From the human T2T-CHM13v2.0 reference genome, Homo sapiens, in NCBI RefSeq assembly GCF_009914755.1, contig NC_060939.1: a DNA stretch of 64,000 bases; one strand, given 5' to 3'. The notes below the pieces were generated by a model. The model worked only from the letters and a program-made list of their open reading frames with translations, was not told the DNA's origin and searched no databases. The position numbers and the translations under genes are program-made. Within the stretch, counting starts at the first letter, position 1; each line of letters starts with the position of its first letter. This document shows positions 55,171 to 64,000 of the stretch, one piece after another.

Positions 55171-58100
55171 CATTGTTAAAGACACAATCGACAAAGAAAT
55201 CTGTTCATTTCTGTGGCACATAACAATTCAGCATAATAATAATAATTATGACTGATAACATATACTAAGACATATTAGAATTATAGGAACCATATAATTT
55301 TGGAATACATACTAATAACATATTTATATAAATATAACCCAAAGAAAGTTAAACATGATTTTATATTTGACAGTGTTTTCTGTAGGTTAATATACCAAAT
55401 AAGCCAAATATATCTCTTTTGGACTTCAGGGGACGTAATATTTAAAAGGCTAATGAGTTAAAATAAAAATTCTTAGTTTATAATTTTATTTTTCAAAGTG
55501 TGCAAATATTAAAGTTTTAAAACACTTCATATCACAAAATAGAATCCCAGATAACCACAAATCATTTGTTTAGCCAAAATGATAGCTCAAAAATTTAAAA
55601 AGGCAAAAGCCTTTATTCATTGGTAGAGAGGAGACTCAGCTCCCAAACAACAGGACCAAGTAACGACTGCATGAGGCCATCTGAATCTGTGTCTTCTCTC
55701 TCCCCTACTTTTTTCAGTTTATTTAAAAGACAAATAAAAAACATTTTATTATCTGTCAGTATTATACAAAAATATTGTTTAAAGAGAAAACCAAATTTTA
55801 CCTTTTATTAATGTTTTATTAGTGTTTTATTAATTAGTGTTTTATTAATGTCAAACACAATTTTTCATAAAACCTTATAAACAAATCTATCCAATCTAAA
55901 TCAGTTAGACCATAACTGTTTACAATTTTCTACTAAACAACTGATTAATGCTCCATGAAAACTCTGTTGATCACACCTAAGGGGGCAGATTCTGGGCCTG
56001 TATCACTGTGATTTTTACATTAATGATCATTCTGTAGAAAAACTAAGTAACCTGCTTCAAGTTTTGGCAAGTTGCTCACACTCACACACAGAACTTTCTT
56101 TACTAGACCAATCTTTTACAAACCTTTTATAACCTGCTTAAACCTTCAGTTTTCTCCTATTATTTTTTAACTTAAGACAATTTTTAAAACCTCTAATTTA
56201 GACAAGATTACTTTTTTAAACAAAAACAATATCTTCAGGTCTTTTTATAACTTTTTACAAAAACACATTTTATAATTTTTATATACCTTGAATGTCAATC
56301 TTTTCTCAGCAGTGTCAATCACATGTGTTACAATGTTAAATCTTCACAACTTTTATTTTTAGTGAAAGCAATTTTAATTTCGTACCAAGTGCAGAGCCTA
56401 GGACACAGGACAGAAATGAAGATAATGTCTGACTGTTTCCAACATAGCTCGGGGGCGTGGCTAACTCAGCACGTCCCCAGGCTTTACCTAGAAGCTGCTG
56501 GCTCTAATGCAGGCAGGTTGGACACTTACAAAAAGTCATAGATATTTGTAACCTTAAAACAGCAAAGAGAATATCTGACCTGCCTAATTTAGACCAAATG
56601 TCTAAATGTTGAAGAAATAATTTTATTGTACCAATAATCTTTAAAGCTATCTTTATCATTCAAAGATTATTAGAGTCATGTGAACAAAAAGCAGTTTAGT
56701 TAAATTTTTTCTGATAAAATATTTTATTTAAGTGCATATATACGCCCATTTATTAGAGCTCTTTTATATAGTTTGTCAGCAAAATATTGCATATATGGAG
56801 CATATAAATACACAGACATAGAGAAGCAGATCTGGTAGAGTTATATGGATTCTTCATTTGTCAGTTTTTAAGTTTTTCTTTTTCATTTTAGATCATCAGT
56901 CTCTTGATTACCTGTTCCCTGCCCTAAAAAGTTTTTAACCAGGCAGTTCCACACTTTTATTTTAAAGGGATAATTCTTAGGTGAAATAATTATAGAGAAT
57001 TTATATTTTATCTAAAGCAAGGAAAAATGTGGGGGTAAAAGTTCAGTGAGGATGGCCAGGAAAAGCAGACACTCTTACATGTGGAGATTTTCTTAAAGTT
57101 GTTAAGTTTTTAAATGGGATTATTGCCTTTGGGGTGGAACCTCTTAAGGAAAAGAACGAGGAAAGCATGCAGTTTCTAGGTCCTAGTAATCAGGCAGAGG
57201 TGGAAGGCAAAACAGATTCCCCTAAATGATGAATCTTATTTTTGTACTGAATCCTGGGTCCCCTAAAGAGGCAAACAATATGGCATTCTATGGCATGACA
57301 CAGTGCAATGCTTCCACAGTGTATTTCATTGTAAGGACATTTCCTCAAGGCCGCTGGACAACCCAGCACGCATCAGCCCACTCTGTAATCAGCTCATAAG
57401 AGCACATCCTTCTTATTTAAATGTACAAATAAAAGAGTATCACCCTGTAGTAATAATCACTTACTATAAGCAACTACCATTAGTCATTTCAAAAAGTATA
57501 TTTTTCATCTAGTTATTACACATCAAGGTTAAGTTTTTTTTCATAATGCAAAGTAATTTCAGGTCTCTGCAAGTCAAAAAGGTTAGATACAAGAGGAAGG
57601 AGGAACAGACAGGAGTAAATGGAGGATCAGAAAGAATTCCACTGAATGAGAAACTTTTACAGAGGGAGAGCAAAGGCTTTAAAATAGTATCTGTACACAT
57701 GTAGCTCAATATCAGCCTTAATCAAGTTGATTTTTGATTACAGAGATCTCCAAAGAAAATCTGCTGAAATCTTTTATTAATAGATTTTAGCCAGGACAAA
57801 TAGGTAGTATTTTTGGCTTTAAACTTTTCCAGAGGTAACTTCCCATGAGAAACTTATAAGCCTAACTAAGGTTATGACTTAACCATGGATGCATGAGGTG
57901 TCTCACAGAGATGGCAAGCAGTTTTTGCAAGATTGAGAATTTCCCCAAAGATAGCTTAGAAAGGAAAATTTAAGACAGAAAGTGAGAAGATGTCCATGGA
58001 GAAGAAAATCATCGAATGAATGGCAAACAGTCTCCAAATATCACACTAGAAAGGGCTTAGTGCTTGAGTTGAAAATCAAACCCAGGCTGCTGCAGTAAAA

Positions 58101-61100
58101 GGGAAAAACCTTAGTTACTGAGCTACAGCATGGGGCAGTTGCTGTTGGTCAGAAATAATGTAGGTCAGTCAGCTCCAAGCTTCAAGGATTGTAACTGCTC
58201 AAGAGAATCCTTAAAGCTAGCTGTGACATTATTATGTATCCTTTCAGACTGGCTGCCTGAACTGAATCCAGAAATTCCAACCCTGTGTATGTGGGAGAAC
58301 AAGGGACAGCATCCTCACATGGTTACTAAGTCAAGTTTTCAAGGACATAAAACAAGATAAGAGGGAAACTTCAACTTTTTTGTTTCAGGGAGGTGTAGCA
58401 AATTTTGTAACTAACAAGTCTGCAGGGCCAGCCCAAACAGTGGGCTTATAGGGATCCTAGGCCCCTTAGGTTCACAGTATGAATGCTGTCTCTAGGAACA
58501 ATTGAGGATGTTAGTAATCTTATGGCCTCTGGCTGTATGGCTCTTGAACCATATTTTCTAATCTTGTGGTTAATTTGTTGGTTTTACAAAGGTGATCTGG
58601 TCTCCAAGCAATTAAGGGATTTGTTTCAAGGAGGGGCTGTCATCTTTGTTTCAAAGTTAGGCTATAATTTTAATATTCCCTTTGTCCAGGAACAAACATG
58701 GGCAGCTTGGAGATTAAAGGCAAGATGTATTCAGTCAGGTCATCTCTCTTTTACAGTCATAATTTTCTCACTGTTAGAATTTTTTCAAAGGTGATTTCAG
58801 GATAAACATAATGTACACATTCCCATTCTATAAGAGAGAAATAGACACAAAGAAAACAGTAACAGCCCCTAAGTAAATTTGAAGTCCAGGAGGGCAAACA
58901 TTACATCTTAAAGCTGGAGAGCCTATTTTTTTTTTAACTCCTTAACACACTGAGGTGAGGGTTGGAGTGGCAAGCCCTAGGCAGTGTCACCCCTACGGTT
59001 CCCCTTGGCGAATCACCTGTGGGTGCTTGTACTGGTTGAAATTTTCCCAGGCAGGCATTGAATGCCACAGGGGACTTCACAATCCTGGGATCCTGGTATT
59101 GGCACCACTAGGCATTACCCATGTGGAACTCTCTGCAGTGATTTCACTGCTGTGGCTTCACTTGGCATTGCCCTGGTGGGGACTCTTTGCAGCAGCTCCA
59201 ACCCCACATATGTGTTTGGCATCCTTCTACTGGGGGCTCTCTGCAGTGGATCTAGCCGTGTGACAACTCTCTCTCTGGACTCCCAGGCTGTCAAAAAAAA
59301 TACTTTGAAATTTGTGGAGGCTGCCAAGCCATCATTTGTGCCTTAAGTGTAAGAAATACATTTATTTTCTTTATAAATTACCCAATATTTTGTATTCTGT
59401 TTTAAGCAACAAATAAGGGACTAATACAGAAAACTGGTAATGACAAGTAGGTTATTACTGAAAATGAATACCTGAAAATATGAAAGTGTCTTTCAAACTG
59501 GGTGATGGGCAGAGGCTAAAAGAATCTTGGAGAGGCAGACTAGTAAAAGCCTGTATTCTTGTGAGGGTTTAGAAGATAGGAAATATTTGGGAGTCCTCAG
59601 AGATTGATAAAGTGTTTGTGACCACACTGCTTCGGGAGAAATGGCGCCATATAATGCATGCTGGTTCAGAGCATATACAGCCTTCTAGAGAACCTTGCCC
59701 CACAGTTAACACAGTATTGTCATCTAGCAGGTGCTGGAACTGTAACTCCCAAAGGTCATTCCACCATTGTTTCAAGTGAGTTGCTTCAGGATTATAGGGA
59801 ACATGGTGAATTCACTGAAGTTTCTGAGCATGAGCTCATTTCTGCCCTTCTTTGTGTGTGAAGTGAGTTCCTTGTTCAGAAGCAATGCTGTGTGGAATAC
59901 CATGATGGTAGATAGACATTAAGTCCATGGGTGGTAGTTTCCACAGAATACTTGCATGCAAGGAAGTAAAATTTATAGACAGAGTAACTGTCTTACTATT
60001 CCAGGAAGAACTAAATGCTGCCCCTTCCCTGACGAAAGCTGCCCAATGTAATCAACCTACCACAAGGAAATTGGCAGATCTTCCTGGGGAATGGTGCCAT
60101 ATAGGGGCTCGGTGTTAGTTTCTGCTGCTGACAGTTGGAACACTCAGAGGGGTCTGTAACCTGGTTGGCCATGGTGAAAGGAATTCCAGATTGCTGTGTG
60201 TATGCAAAACCTCAGTCCCTACCACAGTGGCCACTTTATTCATAAGCCCGGTGACTGATGACATAGGTGCCTGGGAAAAGAGGCTGACTACTGTCAGAGA
60301 ATGCATGATCACATCCACCGGATGATTACAGTCCAGAAGAGCTATGGTAAGAGAGTGAGTCAGTTTTCCTCTGTTTCCCAGCACAGTTTACCCAATGTTC
60401 TCTTTAAGCTTTAAGTGGCTTTTTCTGCTTCTCCTGAGGCCTGGGGTCTCCCTGCTGTGTGGAGTTTTAAGGGGATTTCTAGGCCTTGGGCTACCTTTTG
60501 AGTAATTTAAGATGTAAAAGCTCTCCCATTGGCCAGGCACGGGTCAAGAGACAAATGCACTCTGGAGTTCCATTTGTTCTAAGCCTTTAAATCTCTGCCT
60601 GTATGTTAGTCCAAGGGAGATCAGGCATATCCAACTGGCTAAATAAGGGCCATCTTTTGATTCATGGTTCAGCCAACCAACCGTTAGGGCCCTTTCTAAT
60701 TTCCCATGCTGCAAAACTACAAGCAGTATCTTTTTTAATGAGTCCATATCAATAAATCTGGGTGATCCAACTTTATGTTTCCTCCACTATTATCCTAACT
60801 CTTAATACCCTTTTCCACACATGTTCTCCAGATTTCTGCTTGTATAAATTATAAAGTCAAATAGTTTTCTTGAACTGTCATGAACCTCCCATGGGCCAAA
60901 CTTTGTATACCATTTTTAAGGGCATTTTGAGGTTTGAGTCTACTTATAGGCCTAGAAGCAAAAAGGAGTGGTGGGTGTGGGGCCTTAGGAGAATCTGCAT
61001 TGCATTCCTCGGCAACTGCCTCAGGGGAGTCCATTAACTTTCCCTCAGGCAATGCTGGCGTAATCCCTTCAGACAGAGGTGGAACCACCTATACCAGTGT

Positions 61101-62216
61101 GGGTGAAGAGGCTACTGCCAAGAGGGTGTCAGTAGGGGGTCAGGTCTACTGGCAAAGAAGACATCGGAATTTCAGAGCTCAATGTCTCCAGCCTCAACAT
61201 GGTCTCTCAAAATGTTCCCAACCCACTCTACAGAGTTCCATTCTTCTCGGTACAGTGCTGTAAATTTACAGTAGGTACCTTGCCAGGCTGAAAGTTCAAC
61301 TTTCATAGTAACTCAGCCAACTGCACGGTGAAGGTTTGTGTTTGACTTCTAGCGTTTTCAGCCCCGTGACTATAGGAGATATAATTCTCACTCAGAGCGC
61401 TGTAAGAAGCTCTAAGGCTTTTTATGTGAAGCTGAATTTTGAAATTCTGAAATTTGAATCTCTTAGCTTATCTTTTTTATCGATCACTTTACTCATCAAT
61501 GCTAGAAGCAGAGGCCTTGATTTTCCACAGACGTTTAAAGATGTGCTGTCAGAGTCACCAAGTTCCTTGTCTTTTATCAGTGTTGATTAGGAGTGTCAAA
61601 GCTAGATGTTTGCATATCTCTTAAGCAGTTTATGACATGGACTAGCAATGTTTTCTGGACTATTAGAAATGGAGTCTTTAGCATTTTTACGTATCATCAG
61701 TTTAGAGACCTAAGTTTAGAAACCCCAAAACCAATGAAAGAAACTCGTTCCTAAAATTCCAGTTCTCTGCAATCATTCATGGTTTAAAAAATAAAACCTG
61801 TTTTAGCATTCTTCAGAGATACAGGACCAATAGGATACATATATAGGTAGACAGATGGGGGGGGCATTAATTAGATAAATTGGGTCACATTATGATGGAA
61901 GCCAAGACAGGTCTTCTGTAAGCTATAAACCATGGAGTACCAGTAGCATGGCTCATTCCAAGGCTGAAAGTATGAGAATGAGGAAAGCTGACAGTGTAAT
62001 TCTCAGTCTGAGGCCAAAGGCCTGAGAATGTGGAGGGATGCAGAAGTAAGTCCTGGAGTCCCAAGGAAGAGAGTCTGTGGTTAAGATGTCCAAGGGCAGG
62101 AGGCAGAGAGTGTATCAGCTCCAGGAGAGAGGGAGAGCAAAATCATTCTCATTACTTTTTCATTCTATCAGTACTCCCAGCCCACTGGATCGTGCCTACC
62201 CACATAGAGGGTGGAT

Positions 62217-62989
62217 TGTTATAGAATTCAGCTCAGGTCTGCTCACCCAGTACAGTAAGACTAGATACCTACACTGACATTTGCAGTGGGAGAAAAGGAG
62301 GTGTTTATCTGGACATTGTGAAGCAAGGCGGATGAGGCAGCTAATGCTTAAGTTCCCACTTCCCCAGTGGCTTGCAGGTAAGGGTTTTTTTAAAGCAGGG
62401 GTAAATTTCAGGAAAGCAGAAGTTACTGGCAAAATTATAAATCAGTACATGGAGTTTACACATTGGTTTTGTCCTGAAAAGTCACGATATTTTGAAGCAG
62501 GGGCTTACAGGCCATACATAGATTCAAGGGTTTTCTGATTTGTAATTGGTTAAAGAAAAGAGGGTTTGGTTTAAAATTTGGGGGTCGGCAGAAAAAAAAT
62601 GTTAGCTCTTTGGCTAATGGATTTGCCTCCCTCTAGGCCCCTCAGGAAGAAATTTAGTACAAAGAATGGCAGTCAGAATTCAGTTTTCAAGCCCCCTTAT
62701 CTGAGGTGTACTTGTCAGCAGATGCCTTTGGTGGGGGTCTAGGTTTATGAAAAATGATTGAGGAATGTATGTTAAGATGTGATCTTTAGAACAAAACAAA
62801 CATCTTCTGACTGTAACTTCCTTGGTGATTGTTTAGGCTACTATTACCTTCTTGCTTATCAAGTTCCTCATTTCTTTCTCAGTGCTAGCTAGGTACCAGG
62901 GATTTCCCTTGAAGGGACTCATGATTTTCCTTTATTTCCCTGCTTGGGGAAGCTACAGGCCCCTAACAAAGGGTCCCTGCTCCATCACA
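62217..62989 (-). mobile_element. Full-length MER39/MER34-like solo LTR inserted into the MLT2 LTR
   Basis: TG..CA ends; 4-bp TSD GGAT at 62213-62216 and 62990-62993; MLT2 sequence is continuous across it. Confidence 0.8.
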
Positions 62990-64000
62990 GGATCTTACCC
63001 ACTCTGTCTACCGACTCACATTTCAGACCTTTCTGGTGAAACCTCACCGACCCAGAAATAAAGCTTTGCCAGTGTTCTAGGTGTTCCTTAATACAGTTAG
63101 TTGACTCCTAAAAGTAAACATCACATTGGATTTTGCAGTGTTACCCAAGCAGGTTTCTCATGAGGAGTTCAAATTGCTGAGTTAAGGAAAAGCAACCATG
63201 ATTTCCACAGAGTCAAAGTTTGACTGAGAGGTAGTTACTGCTGAATATCTGTGCAGTTCCCACAGGGGACAGTGAGGTGAGATAAAGGTGGTATTCAGCT
63301 GTCTTATATGGAGTAGTCACCTTGAGCAGGTTTCATAAGGGGCTATGTTCAATGACCACCTTGAGGAACGTGGAGGCAGCCAGAAACTGAAAACTGTCAT
63401 GGGTTTCTAAACTCTATTTCTGGTATGAGAATGTCAAAACTATGTAGAAAATGAATGACCAGATGATATAAAATTAAAACAATTCATAGGAACATTTAAA
63501 ATAGGAATTCTAGTCGCCCAATAATAACTCTCTCTCTAATCCTGAGGTAGCAGGTAAATCGAGTTGTTCAACTAATTTGAAACTATAGTTAAGCATGTTT
63601 TCACAATAAGAGACCAGAATACATATGATGAGCCGACAAAATTTTGTACTGAGAAGGCGGCAGTCACAGAGGAAAAATAGTGTGTTCCATTTATTTTAAA
63701 AGGCATATTTTTTACATCTTGCAAATACAGATGAATCATAATATTGTAAAAGACTATTGGTTAGAAGACAGTCATAATGTGATCGACTTTGTGTGCACAC
63801 AAGTGAACTTGATGTAAAAAACTTCCATTTTCACATTCTGGTGGTATCTTTAACATCATAACTTGGAGAGGGACGTTAGTAGATGAGACACATAATCTAA
63901 CAGAAACTCTTATAGTTCTCTCACTACAAATATGGCAACAGCAAAGCTCCTAATTACCAGAGATGATGCTAGTGTAGAAAAAATCCATGGACAAGGTGAG
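62553..64000 (+). repeat. Right arm of inverted segmental duplication (pairs with 1463-2923; runs off the window)
   Basis: The last 20 nt of the window reverse-complement to 1463-1482. Confidence 0.95.

Larger units (their letters stand above)
51782..58799 (-). mobile_element. LTR8A-type ERV1 provirus (3' LTR 51782-52512, MER4-group non-coding internal region, partial 5' LTR ~58480-58799)
   Basis: Minus-strand LTR start tg(g/a)aatcac.tttg.aaaa..gaaaattatga at both ends; PPT-like gcaaggggaaat next to the 3' LTR. Confidence 0.8.
51177..59610 (-). mobile_element. MaLR (MST/MLT1A-like) element nested in HERV-L: LTR 51177-51602, internal 51603-51781 and 58800-59345, inverted piece 59346-59610
   Basis: tgttttagtccattt..ataacagaatacctga (antisense LTR); MaLR-int motifs; sense-orientation LTR end ..tttataaattaccca..ggactaataca followed by 5' internal sequence. 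Confidence 0.7.
49907..63125 (-). mobile_element. HERV-L (ERVL) provirus with MLT2 LTRs (49907-50563 and 61798-63125), internally deleted and nested
   Basis: Two related MLT2 LTRs, with (GATA)n in the first; ERVL internal 50564-51176 and ~59620-61797 (PPLLFASRPISRLK gag-like peptide); degenerate TSD atggg / ttgg(a/g). Confidence 0.8.

Overview
Primate (Alu- and L1PA-bearing, probably hominoid) genomic DNA. It is AT-rich and dominated by transposable elements. I cannot support any intact host protein-coding gene, RNA gene or CRISPR array; the long ORFs derive from L1, ERV or Alu sequence. The main structure lies under the repeats. (1) An old, diverged tandem array of a ~7-8 kb non-coding unit: old L1M fragments + MLT1 fragment + non-repeat-looking modules + MER74-like LTR + Tigger-like tail. 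There are four direct copies (U1 5361-10765, U2 ~20720-28355, U3 28356-~36350, U4 ~43980-64000) plus an inverted tail copy at the left end. (2) A younger inverted duplication, 1463-2923 versus 62553-64000, with a ~59.6 kb spacer and uneven identity. Its inner left breakpoint is bridged by a doubly truncated L1PA fragment. (3) Several decayed proviruses: an ERV1 with recognisable gag/pro/pol/env motifs (10764-18390), a tRNA-Ile-primed MER4-group element (38330-42702), and a HERV-L provirus (49907-63125) carrying nested MaLR, LTR8A, MER39-like and Alu insertions. (4) An ~810 bp TSD-flanked, polyadenylated retrocopy of an unidentified sequence (5908-6718). Repeat family names come from recalled consensus sequences, and alignments and identities were done by eye. 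The genomic locus was not identified.
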